Shown one piece after another: positions 9,916-21,400 of a stretch of 31,086 bases of DNA. The DNA is taken from contig QPMI01000346.1 in NCBI GenBank assembly GCA_004431415.1, forward strand, positions 1-31,086, given 5' to 3'. The position numbers were made by a program, and so were the translations under genes. Positions within the stretch are counted from its first letter, which is position 1; every line of letters begins with the position of its first letter. The stretch comes from Cyanophora paradoxa CCMP329 (taxonomy: Eukaryota; Plantae; Glaucophyta). The notes under the pieces are model-generated. The model was not told the origin of the DNA. It did no database searches and saw nothing but the letters and a program-made list of their open reading frames with translations.

Positions 9916-12900
9916 CTACTCGCTGCACTCAAACCCCTGCGCCTGGAAGCCGCCGAACTCGTCGGCGGCGCGGCGGGCGGCCCTCTCGGAGCGGCGGCAG
10001 GCGGCGCGGGCGGCGGCGAGGCGGGCGGGGCGGGGCGCGAGGCCCTCGCCCTCGACCTCCAGCAGCCCGCGCACCGCCTCCTGCGCGCGCTGCTCAGACC
10101 TCGAGAGGCGGGGGCTGAGGGCTAAGGGCCCTACCGCGGGGCCGTCCTCGATGAGGCGGGCGAGCGAGTCGGCGGCGGCGGCGCAGTCCGCCCCGCCCCC
10201 GAAGAGGCGCGCGGCGGTGTGGTGCAGCGCCACGCGTCGCAGGAAGGGCGGCAGCTCGCGCCCCCGAACCAGCGCCTCCTCGTACCCCCGCAGCACCTCC
10301 CCGTCACGCTCCACGGGGTACAGGTACGCGCCCGGGTCCCCGAGCGGCTCGGCCCGCAGGAGCCGCAGCTCGTCCGCGTGGTCCCGCCACAGCAGCTGGC
10401 CGTACCCCCTTAGAGCTCCAGGGCGGGTACGGAGAAACTAACGGGGGTACGCGAACCTGGCGGTAGGCGGGCGGGTGGTGCGCGGCGAGCATCGCGAGGA
10501 CGAGCTGCGCGAACGTCGCGTGGCCGTACCCCTCCGCCGCGAAGGCCTCCACGAAGCGCTGGGGGTACGCATCAATTCGAGAAATGAAGAAAGGGGCGGC
10601 CGGAATAAAAGGGGGAGGGGCGGGCCCTGTAGAAGAAGTAGAAGGGGGAGCGGCCGCCGAGGAGGGGCCGGCGGCGGGCGACGGAGTGCGGGGCGAGGCG
10701 GGCGGAGGCGTCGGGGAGGGGCTCGAGCTCCTCGTCGGGGCGGAGGGCGGCGAGGCGGGGGGCGAGGAGGGCGGCGAGGCGGGCGAGGGCGGCGTCCACG
10801 GGGGCCTCGTGGTAGGCCCCCGGGGAGGGCGCCACGAGGAAGAGCCGCATGAGGCCGTACAGCTGCAGCCCCGCCGGCACCTCCTCTGCCGCCCCGCCGC
10901 GTCGGCGCCGAGCCGGTGCGGGGGGCGGGCGGCGGCGCGCACGCTCCCCGGACTCGGCGAGGTGGAGGTTCAGCTGCGCGGTCACCTGCAGCGCCTGCAG
11001 CGCCCGCCGCGCCCCCGCCCCGCCCTCCCCCGCCCCGCCGCCCCGCCCCCGCCCTCGGGGAGGGGGCGGAGGGCGGCCCAGGGCCAGTCGGGGCCCCAGG
11101 GGAGGGAGGAGGCGAGGGCGGCGTGGGGCATGGGGAGGTGCAGCGAGGCGAGGGCGCGGGGGTCCGTCCGCCGCCCCAGCCGCTCGCTCTGCTGCTGCAC
11201 TGCGCCCCCGCCCTCAGCGCGGCGCCGGCGGACGGGAGAGGAAAGCGAGGCCGGGGGCGAGGTACCGGAGGCGGAGGGGGCGGCGGAGTGGAGGAGGTGC
11301 GGGGCGAGGGCGGCGGCGAGGGCGGGCGGCGAGGGGAAGGGGAGCGGGGCCCGGGGCGGGGGCCGGGGGCACGAGGGCGCCGGCGAGGAGCAGGTCGCGC
11401 AGGAGCGGCTCGTCGCCCGGCAGCAGCCGCGGCACCAGGCCCGCCGCCGCCCGCCGCGCCCGTCCCCGCACCGCCTCGTCCGCCCCGGGTCCCTCGGGCG
11501 CCGCCTCCGCGCACCGCAGAGCCGCCAGCACCGCCGCCACGGCCGCCCCGGTCGCCACGCGCGCCGCCCGCTCGCCCCACGGGAAGCGCTGCGGCGGGGG
11601 TGAGGCGAGCGGGGCCAGGCGGGGCCGGAGCGGTGAGGGGGGGCGGACCTGGGAGGGGGCGGTGGAGGCAGCGTCGTGGGCCGAGACGAAGGAGAGGCGC
11701 GAGGGGCGGCGGCCGGCGGCGGCGGCCTCGGCGAGGGGCAGGAGGCGCTCCGGCAGGCCGGCGGCGCGCAGCGGGGCGGCGGCGGCGCGCTGGAGGCCGA
11801 TGAGCGCGTGGCACCAGCGCGCGAGGCCGGCCGCGCAGTCGGCGAGCAGCACGAGGGCCGGGGTGGGCGCGGCGGGGCCGGCGGCGAGGGCGGCGGCGGC
11901 GCGGAACGCGAGGTCGGCGGGGCGGGAGGCGAGCAGCGGGAGGGCGTGGGCGTGGCACGCGCGCTCCGCCATGTCCTCGTAGCCCCCGGGGCCCGGGCGG
12001 CGGGCAGCCATCGCGAAGTACCCGCCCAGGAAGTGGAGGGCCCCCGCGAGGGGCGCCAGGAGGCGGAGGCAGGCCTCGGGCGGGCGCGCGGGGTCGAGGC
12101 CCCCGGGGAAGAGGGGCGCGGCGGCCGAGGCGGCGGCGGCGGCCGTCCACTCGAAGGCCGGCTCCAGCAGGCGCCCCACGTGGGTCCAGGCCACGGGCCC
12201 GCCCCCCATCTGCCGAGCCCTCAGCGCGGGGCGGAGCGGGGGGCAAGGCGACAGAGGGAAGAAGAGGGGAGATGAAATCGCCTGCGGGGCGGAGGCGGCG
12301 GCGGCGAAGGCGGCCGACTCGAAGACGCCGAAGATGGCGCGGGCGGCCTGCGCCTCGGGGGGCACGCCGCCGTCGCCCTCGAGCTCGCCTGCGCGGCCCC
12401 CGGGGGCGGGGGCCGGGGGCCGGAGGTAGGGGAGCAGCCGCCCGAAGAGGTCGGGGAGGGACTCGAGGTCGAGCCCGTAGGCGGCCAGCGCGCGCCACAG
12501 CCGCAGCGACTCCCCCGCCAGCGCCGCCCCCCGCTCCGTCCCCGCCCGCACCAGGAAGAACCTGGGAGGAGGGCGTGAGGGGCGACGCAGTCGGGGCCGG
12601 GGAGGACGGCACCGTTTCACGGAGTCGGCGAGGCCCGTGCGCACGAGCGCGCGCTCGGCGACGTGGCTGCGGGGGAGAGTGAGGCGGGGAGGGGTCTGGA
12701 TGGGGGAGGGGATCAACCCGCACCGCCCCGCCTCGCAGAGGGCGCGCAGGAGGCGCAGGGCGGCCGGCTGGGGGACCCCGTACGGCTGCCCGGCGCGCCT
12801 CAGAGGCAGAGGGGAGGCGGCAAAGGAGGGGGGGGGGGGAGGGGGGGGAGAGGCACCGAAGCGGGGCGGGGTCGGGGGGCACATCCGCCTCGACGAACTC

Positions 12901-15900
12901 GCGGCGGACCGTCTCGAGCAGCCGCGGGCACTGCAGCCGAGAATCAGAGGCGGAGGAGGGGGAGAAGGGGATGGAGGGGGGGCGTGGAGGGCGGACGCGG
13001 GCTATCTCGTTCGCGAGGGCGGGGGAGTGCCGGGCGCAGCGGACGAGGATGTCGAGCAGGTAGGGCACGGCCGCCTCCACGCGGGCGACCTGCCCGGCCG
13101 GTTCTTCGAGGCCGCCTCGGGGGCACGGCACGGCGCGGCACGGGGGCGCACCTCGAGGAGGTACCGCACCCGGTGCAGGAGCCCCATCCGCGTCACCGCC
13201 TGGCCCCCAGCGCGCCTCGGAACGGGCGGAGGCGGAGGGGAGGCGGGGGAGGGGGGGCGGTACCGCGTGGACGCAGTCGTCACGGGCCCAGTCCGCATCG
13301 CTCCGGGGTCCCTGAGGAGGACGTGAGGAGAGGTGGAAGAGCGTGCTGGGGGTACGGCGCGCCTCCCGCTGCTCGCGCGCCGCCTCCGCCTCGTCCTCCT
13401 CGGCCTGGCCGGGGTCCTCGGGTTCGAGCTCCTGCGAGGGGATTTCGATGAGGAAGGAAGAGGAGGCGCGGGGGGGTGGAGGGCGGGCCTCGCCGCGGGG
13501 CGCGGGGCGGGGCGGGGCGGGCCCCGGGCGGGGGCGGCCCGGGGGCAGCCCCGGCCAGACCTCCTCCCCGCGGTGCACGTCCGCGAGGGGCCCCTCGTCC
13601 ACCACTGCCGGAAAGGGCGTGAGGGGGGTACAGGGCTCGCTGGCGCCCGCGGCAGGGCACTCGTCGGGTGGAGGAAGAGGGCGTGCAGCGCCTGCGACGC
13701 CGCGAGGACCACCGTCGCGTTCTGCGGCGGCCGAGTGGGCACCCGGGAGGGGGAATGGACGGGGAGGGGGTACGGGGTCGTCGAGGGCGCAGCGGAGGAC
13801 GATCGCGACGTCGTTGGCCGAGAGGAAGGCCGCCAGCTCCGCTGCGGCGAAAGTGAGCGGCGGGGGGTACACGGGGCGAAGGGGCCTCGCCGGCGCGGGG
13901 CAGCTCGGCGGAGTAGAGGCGGCGGAGGATGGCGGCGAGGGTGCGCAGGCTCGCCGCCCGCTGCCCGGGCACCTGCCGGCACGAGGTTCGCGAGCGCGGG
14001 GCGGCCGCCGAGGGCGGGAGGAGCAGCACCGAGGAGCGTATGAGCATGTAGAGCTCCTCGATCGTGTACCCCGCGGCGCCGGGCTCCTCCCCGTGGTGGT
14101 ACAGCGCGCTCGAGGAGGGCGGCTCTGCGCCCGCCCTCAGAGAGAGCGCAGCGGCGGCCGGGGCGGGCCGGGGGGCGCGCCCTGCCCGGGGGGCACGGGC
14201 CGCCCCTCGAAGTCGAAGCGCCAGCGCTCCACGGGGCCCAGGTCGGCCTCCGCCCCCTCCTGCGCGAACCCGTCGGCGGCGCACGCGCGGGCGGGCGCTC
14301 GGGGACAGGACGCGCCCGCGCGGGGGCCGGCGACGGCTCCGCGTCCTGCATCCACGCCAGCTTGTCCGCCTCGTACGCTGCGGGGGTGGGACGGCGTCGG
14401 GACGCGAGGGGAAGGACGAAAAGTGGCGGGTACCGGGGAGGATGATGTCGGAGGCCACAGAAGCGGCGGCGGCGGCGGCGGCGGCGCGCTTGCGGGAGGA
14501 AGGGATGCGCCCGCGGGGGGCCTCGGCCCCATCGTCGCTGCGGGGCGCAGGGCGCTCGGTCAGGAGGCGCGGGGCGAGAAGGCCGCGAGGGCGGCTCGCC
14601 TGGCAGCGCTGTCCGAGTCGCTCTCGGATCCGACGGGCGGCGGGGCGGCGCCGGAGCGGGCGGCGGGGCGCGGCAGGCGGGCCCCGTAGGCGGCCGAGTC
14701 GGCGGGGGAAGGTATGGGGCCTCGTACTCGCGGTCCCTGCGCCCGCGATCGGCCCCACGGGCGCGGCTCTGGAGGGCGGGCGGGGCACCCGGGGCGGAGG
14801 GCGCTGCGGGAGGGCGGGGCGGGGCCGGCGCCGGCGCCGTCGGCGGCTGCGCTCGCGGCCATGCGGGCCTTGGCGCGCTCGGTGGCGTCTTGCACGCCGG
14901 GCCTGCCGCCCCGCATGGGCCCCCCGCAGCGAGGTCGCGGACCGCAGGGGCGCACCGGAGGCTCGCCGGCGGGACGGCGAAATCGCGGGGGCCGGGCCCG
15001 GCGGGGGCCCCGGCGGAGGCGGAGGGGCCGGGGCCGCGGCGGCGGGCGCGGATGGCGGCGAGGGCGGCGGGGTCGACCTTAGAGAGGACCTCGCTGCGCG
15101 CCTCCTCGATCTCCTCGCGGCTCATCGCCGCCAGCCGCGCCCGGTTCTCCTCCTCGATCGACTCCCGCTCCCGGTCCCGCGGGGCCGCCAGCGCCGGCGG
15201 CGGCGGGGCCGCAGCCGGAGTCGCGAACGTCGCCGGGGCAGGCGCGGTGGTCGCGCGGGGCGTAGCTCCGGCCGGCGCCCGGCGGGGGAACGGCATCTGG
15301 GAGCGGTGGGCGGCGCGGGGGAAGCCGGCGGAGGGCGGAGCCGGCGGCCGCCACTCGAACGCGCCAGGCGAGCGCTCCACGACGCCCTTCAGCAGGTCTG
15401 CGATGGGGCGCTCGTGCTCTGCGATGCGCGGCGTGATGCGGCAGTCGAGGCGCGCTCGGCGGGCCGCGGCACCGTCGAGCAGCCGAATGCTCTCCTGCAG
15501 TTGCTCCTCCGGTTGCCGCTGCGGAACGTGTCGGCAACGCAATCCGCTGCGGCTCCGCGGGGCCCGCGCACCTGGCGGGGGCGCTCGATGCCCTCGTCAT
15601 CGAACTCGGCGTCCTCGTCCTCGTCCTCCTCTTCCTCCTCGCTCTCGCCGCTCTCGTCGCTCTCGACTTCGATGCCGTGGCGCGGCATTCCCGTCGGCTT
15701 GTCGAGGCTCACGACGTCGCGACGGACCGCGGGCGCTGCGGGCGCTGCGAGCCGCCGATCTAGTTCCGGTGGGGCGCTGGCACGTACGTCAGACGCACAT
15801 TGCGCAGAGATGGAGACCTTGGGGCCGGCCGGCTGCGCGCTGGGCTGCGGCGCCGCTGCGTGGCCGGCGGTCTTCAGAGGAGGGGGCCGGCCGCTGAGCA

Positions 15901-15988
15901 CGCGTGCCGCTGGCCTCGAGGCGCTGCGGAGGAACTCCTCTTGCTCGCGAAGGAGCTCCGCGAGCTCCTCGTCTTCCGCGCCTGCCAT
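9916..15988 (-). CDS. RPAP1: RNA polymerase II-associated protein 1 (RPAP1/Rba50/MINIYO homologue), many exons
   Basis: RPAP1_N motif SIEEENRARLAAMSREEIEEARSEVLSKVDPAAL (~15050-15165). Also GFPRAAHRS, EADKLAWM and WRFDFEG, then the RPAP1_C motif LYHHGEEPGAAGYTIEELYMLIRS..VPGQRAASLRTL (~13930-14105), LRCALDD, and a long helical repeat region. The exact 3' end is tentative. Confidence 0.9.
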
Positions 15989-16112
15989 CCTTCGGCGACT
16001 GTACCCGTCATCAGCAGCTCAACTGCCCAAGCGATCATCCGCGGCGGTTTCACGCGGCACATCACGCTCTTAAGAATCGGCCAGAACAGCGTACGCTGCG
16101 CGGCGGGCGAGG
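15989..16112. promoter_or_regulatory. Putative bidirectional promoter, RPAP1 / cupin
   Basis: Only 124 bp separate the divergent ATGs (the cupin start is tentative). Confidence 0.5.
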
Positions 16113-17065
16113 ATGCGGGTGCGAGCTCCCCTCGCCGCTCTGCTACAGCTCGACCCGAAGATCGGCCCGCAGATCGATCCGAAGGCGGCGAGCGCTCGGA
16201 CGAACCGGCTCTGCTACGTCGGTGTCTGTATTGGGTTCGCGCCGCGGAGCGCTGGGGTCCGCGCAGCTGAGCGGAGCGCTGCGGCGCAGGCTCGGCGTGG
16301 TTGTGTTCTTGTTCGCATCGCTGCGCACAAAGTCGACGCCAATTCAGCGGTGCGTGGCTCGCCTCCGACCGCCGTTTTGCTGCCCGCGTCGCCGAGGCGC
16401 CGAACGCCTGTGACGCGCGCGCACAGGGATCGACCGTTTGTTATCAACGCCGATGAGGTAAGCTTCGCTGAGCTTTAGCCGAGCTCCTCAGGGACCGCAG
16501 CAGCCGAGCGCGCGGCCGGGGCCTGCAGGTCGAGTGGGGTGTAGTGGCCAAGAATACCGACATTAAGAAGAAGCAGTTCATCCCCAAGGGCACCGTGCGT
16601 CTCTGTCCTGCCTCTCGCCCCGCCGCCGGCCCCGCTGATGGCGGGACCCCTGGTCTCGCCTTCCGTCTGGTCTGGCGCGCAGGTCCCCCACCTGATGATG
16701 TTCTCCACGGCGACCTTCGCGAAGGGCCAGGGTGTACCCCTGCACTCCCACGAAGACATGCACGAGGCGCTTACCTATACCAACCTTCAATCCATCCCCT
16801 CATCTCCCGCCTTGAACTGTACCCACAGGTCTTCTACGTGCAATCAGGAAACGGAATCTTCAGGATAAACGGGGTCACCATGGCCGTCAAAGTACTCGCT
16901 CCCTTCCCTCCTCTCCTCTGTCTTCAGCCCGTCCCCATCTGACAATGTACCCCCCGGCCCCAGGCAGGCCACACGTTCGTAGCGCACGCGGGGGACGTGC
17001 ACAACGTGGAGAACGTGGAAGACGAGGACCTCGTGATCTTGTATTACGGCATCTCCGAGGCGTAG
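16113..17065 (+). CDS. Small cupin (Cupin_2-like) protein with an N-terminal transmembrane segment
   Basis: Spliced PLHSHEDMHE|VFYVQSGNG (cupin motif 1, HxHx4E) and AGDVHNVEN (motif 2 His), ending ILYYGISEA*. The upstream exons join to give LCYVGVCIGLGVVVFLFASL. The start codon is tentative. Confidence 0.8.
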
Positions 17066-17365
17066 ATCTAGACCTGTCTCTTGCATTGTGTAGAATATTT
17101 CCTCATTCCGTATACGTAAAATTCTTCGACATTGATAGAATCGAAATATTTAGTTTGGAGAGCACTGTACAGGAACAGGGCGGAGCTGCAGCGGCCTCGC
17201 GCACGGAGGGGTCTGGCAGCAGGCTCGCAAGGAGTAATTGCAAGGAGAAAGAGCGGGCGGCTGGACGAGAGAGCCGAGGTGGAGGGTATGCATGGGCAGG
17301 GAGGACGGGATGCGCTGTGCATAGTGAGGTGGCTGGAAGTGCGGATGGGAGGGGCCGTGCCCCCT

Positions 17366-18133
17366 TCACTCGAGGACGGCGGGGAGGCCGTCCCTCGACT
17401 CCGGCGGCTTCGGCCTCGAGCTCCCCTCCTTCTTCCTCGCAGCCTCCTCCAAGTCCGGGTACCCGTGCTCCGGTACCTGGGGAGACATGAGGGGGAGGGG
17501 GAGGGGGGGGGGGCACGCGCCCGGGCGCGCCGCGAGGAAGAGGGCGTTGCACTCGGACTCGAGTACGCCCGGCATCACGCGGCACGTCGGGAGGCCGACG
17601 ACGCGCGCCGCGACCTGCACGCGCCGCGTGAGGACCGGCCTCGCGCGGGTGCAGGAGCGGAGGCGGGGGCGCGGCGCGACCTCGGCGGCGCGGATGGTGA
17701 TCTGGCCCCAGCCAGTGAGCTGGAGGAAGGGGATGCTCGAGCCGAAGACGACGAGCTTGAAACCAGCCCACACGATGGCCGCCATGCACCTAGGACTTCA
17801 CTGAGCGCGCGCCGGGAAGGGAGGGCCGCGCGGCGCACATGGGGCACGGCTCCGCCGTCGTGTAGAGCACGAGCGAGCTGTAGTCCGCCCCTGCGCCGGG
17901 CGTCATGGATTCGCAGCACTAGTGCTGAGCAAACGCGCGCCTGGATGCTCCACGGCGTACGCCTGGATCGCTGCAATCTCGCCATGCATGATGGGATTCG
18001 TCGCCGACGAGTTTACGCCGCGTGCTACGACGTTTCCGTCCGCATCGCAAATGACCGCGCCGAAGGGCGCGGCCGGATTCGCAGCGGCCACGTCTATCGC
18101 CGCTCGCATTGCGACGGTATGGTCAAGCACCAT
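17366..18133 (-). CDS. Zn-dependent cytidine/deoxycytidylate deaminase-fold protein (nucleobase/nucleoside deaminase)
   Basis: PFGAVI, GVN, HGEIAAI (HxE) and spliced LYTTAEPCPMCMAAIVWAG (PCxxC). The phase of the last exon, and so the C-terminus, is uncertain. Confidence 0.88.
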
Positions 18134-18406
18134 CTCTCACGCAGTGGGTGGAGCTCCTTGCAAAGCTGCGACGCTGAGCAGGCTACCTTCCCTGTCTGAG
18201 CAGGTTCTTTACGTTAGCTACGCCGTTCCTTCCCTCCGCGGTGCTCGCTTGGCGCTCAGCGGCTGGTTTTGTGGGCGAGGCTTTGCTCGTAGGGGTACGT
18301 GACTTCGGGCGTGTAATCTGCTCCGGGCGATCGCCTTGCTTCTTGGCTGCCTGGCAGCTCGGCCCCGTGCCAGCTCGCAAGCTGCAGCGTTCGTAGCAGC
18401 TGGAAG
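18134..18406. promoter_or_regulatory. Putative bidirectional promoter, deaminase / FGAM synthase
   Basis: 273 bp separate the divergent ATGs. Confidence 0.55.
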
Positions 18407-21400
18407 ATGAACGGGGCGAAGCCCGTCTCCTATGACGGGGAGCTCGCTTTCTCCGCGGTGCCCCTGGGCTCCAGCTCTGTCAGTGGATCCTCAGCAGCGA
18501 TCAGGGCAGCATCCTCGCACATCGCGGGCAACGTGACGCTGCCCTCGTTCTCGCGGCAGTCCGCGCAGCGGTCGCAGCGTTCCCAGGGGTTCTCGTACGC
18601 GCGTGATGGGAGCACCGGCGCCACCGTCGTGCGTTCTGCAGCTTGCAGCGCCAAGGAATTCTTCGGCCAGCAGGCGAAGGACCGCCTTTCATTCTTCGGC
18701 GGCTCGATTTTCGATCACGTCTCCACCAGCGCCTCGAGCGTCCCCCAGCCCGCTCAGGTCGCCACTCGTTCTCAGCTGACTGAGGATAAGGTCTGCTTAT
18801 TCCCCGCCCCCTCCTGTCTTTCGTCGTTTGGGCGGATCATCGCCCTTGCGATCATTGCCGGGCTGACCTGATTCTCCCACGTATCTTTCGCAGACTGCGA
18901 CCCCGGATCCCAAGGCGCAGTCGGATGCAAATGCCAACCGCTCTGGCCTCCTGCAGCTGTACCGCGTCCCGGGGATGCCCCCCGCGAAGCGCGACGCCCT
19001 TCTGGCCAAGGTTCGGCGGTCTTTCGCTTCGATCGAGGACATCGAGACGGAGCAGTGCTTCAACGTGGACACCGGAAACGAGACCCTGACAGAGGACGAG
19101 ATGGTCCGCCGCTCTTTTGACCCTTCGATCGGCGCGTACGTGATCTCGACGACTGACCGCTCCCTTTCCGTGCGCTCTCCCGCGCAGACGATCCTCAAGT
19201 GGCTTCTGAGCGAGACTTTCGAGCCGGCCCGGCTGACCACCAAGTCCTGGCTCCTCTTCAAGCCCCAGCCCGACGGCGACGACACACGCAAGATGGTGAG
19301 AGCGGGGACGCGTCCTTTCTTTTTTTCGCTGCAATCCGGACGCTGAGATTGTGTCCAGGTCGGCGGTCGCACTGCGCCCTGGCTCCAGGAGTCCGTCATC
19401 GTGGAGGTCGGCCCGCGTATGAGCTTCATGACCGCCTGGTCCACGAACGCGGTCCAAATCTGCCACGCCTGCGGCCTCACGAAGGCGAGCATCCTCATTC
19501 CTGCAATCTCAATCTACGCAGCTGACCCGGTGCCCGCAGGTCAAGCGCGTGGAGCGATCCCGCCGCTTCCGCCTGCTGGGCAAGAAGATCGAGTCGGGCC
19601 TCGCCACCGCGTTCGCGAATATGGTCCACGACCGCATGACCGAGCAGGTTTACCCGGAGCCTCTCAAGGTTGGCGCCCCTCCCGCTCCTCCGCGAGTCGT
19701 TCTCTGCCGCCGCGCGCTCGTTGATCGCCGCGCGCTTGCAGAACTTCGACAGCGGCATGCACCCGGAACCCGTGTTCCACATCCCGCTCATGAAGGAGGG
19801 CAAGGCCGCTCTCGAGAAGATCAACAAGGCGAGCCGGCCGCCCGCCTCCCGACGTTGCCGCTTTCTTTTTCGTGACTGGCGCGGGCAGGATATGGGCCTC
19901 GCGTTCGACGATTGGGACCTCGAGTACTACTTCAAGCTGTTCACCGAGACCGTGCGCGCCCACGCCCCGCCCTGCCCGCCGCCCTCGCCTCGCTCCGCCA
20001 ACATCCCGCGGCGGGCCGCAGATCGGGCGTGACCCGACCAACGTCGAGCTGTTCGACATGGCCCAGTCCAACTCGGAGCACTCGCGCCACTGGTGCGCGG
20101 GAGGAGGGGGGAGGGGGGAGAAAGCGGGCAAGCGCTCACGCCGAGGCCGCCGCGGTCGCAGGTTCTTCAAGGGGGACATGGTCATCGACGGCGAGAAGAT
20201 GCCGCAGTCTCTCCTCAAGCTCGTCATGGTGCGCTCCCGCGGCGGGGCGCGGGATCCCGCGGGGGTGGGGCCGAGCGCGCGCCCCCGCGCAGGCGACGTG
20301 GAAGGCGAACCCGCACAACAGCACGATCGCTTTCAAGGACAACTCGTCGGCGATCACGGGCGCGAAGATCCGGTCGCTCTTCCCCGAGAAGCCGGGCCAG
20401 CCGTCCCGCCTGCAGGAGGAGGGGCGCGACTACGACATCCTCTTCACCGCCGAGACGCACAACTTCCCCTGCGCCGTCGCCCCCTTCCCGGGCGCCGAGA
20501 CGGGCGCCGGCGGCCGCATCCGCGACACGCACGCGACGGGCGTCGGCTCCCTCGTCGTCGCCTCCACGGCCGGCTACAGCGTCGGCAACCTCAACATCCC
20601 CGGCTACTCGCTCCCCTGGGAGGACAGCGAGTTCATGTACCCCTCGAACCTGGCCTCGCCGCTGCAGATCGCCATCGAGGCGAGCAACGGCGCCTCGGAC
20701 TACGGCAACAAGTTCGGCGAGCCGCTCATCCAGGGCTTCCTCCGCACCGTCGGCCTCCGCCTCCCCAGCGGCGAGCGCCGCGAGTACATCAAGCCCATCA
20801 TGTTCTCCGGCGGCGCCGGCCAGATCGACTCGCGCCACCGGGAGAAGTCGGGCCCCGAGCCCGGCATGTGGGTCGTCAAGGTCGGGGGCCCCGCGTACCG
20901 CATCGGGTTCGGCGGCGGCGCGGCGAGCTCGATGGTCTCGGGGGACAACAAGGCGGAGCTGGACTTCAACGCGGTGCAGCGGGGCGACGCGGAGATGGCG
21001 CAGAAGGTCAACCGCGTGATCCGCGCCTGCGTCGAGATGGGCGACCGCAACCCCATCGTCTCCATCCACGACCAGGGCGCCGGCGGCAACTGCAACGTCG
21101 TCAAGGAGATCGTCTACCCCTCGGGCGCCAAGATCAACGTGCGCCCTCGCCGCCCCCGCCTCCCCCTCCCCGCCCGGGCCGACGCCCTCCCGCAGATCCG
21201 GTCGGTCCCGGTGGGCGACGAGTCGCTGTCGGTGGCGGAGATCTGGTCGGCGGAGTACCAGGAGAACGACTGCCTGCTGCTGCGGCCGGAGGACCGGGCG
21301 ATGTTCGAGGCGATCTGCGAGCGCGAGTGCGTGACGAGCGCCTTCATCGGGCAGATCACGGGCGACGGCTTCATCGTGGTGGAGGACCCGGCCAAGGGCG

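Noticed and set aside
10438-13872. 1144-aa ORF, and similar giant Arg/Pro/Gly/Ala-rich ORFs such as 26353-30060, 27572-30478, 14064-16073 and 20224-22122
   Set aside because: Stop codons are scarce at this GC content. These ORFs run through introns or are antisense shadows of real spliced genes and have no coherent domain content of their own.
21139-21195. Apparent 19-aa insertion VRPRRPRLPLPARADALPQ in FGAMS
   Set aside because: It is a 57-nt GT-AG intron that happens to be in frame; removing it restores KIN|IRSVPVGD.
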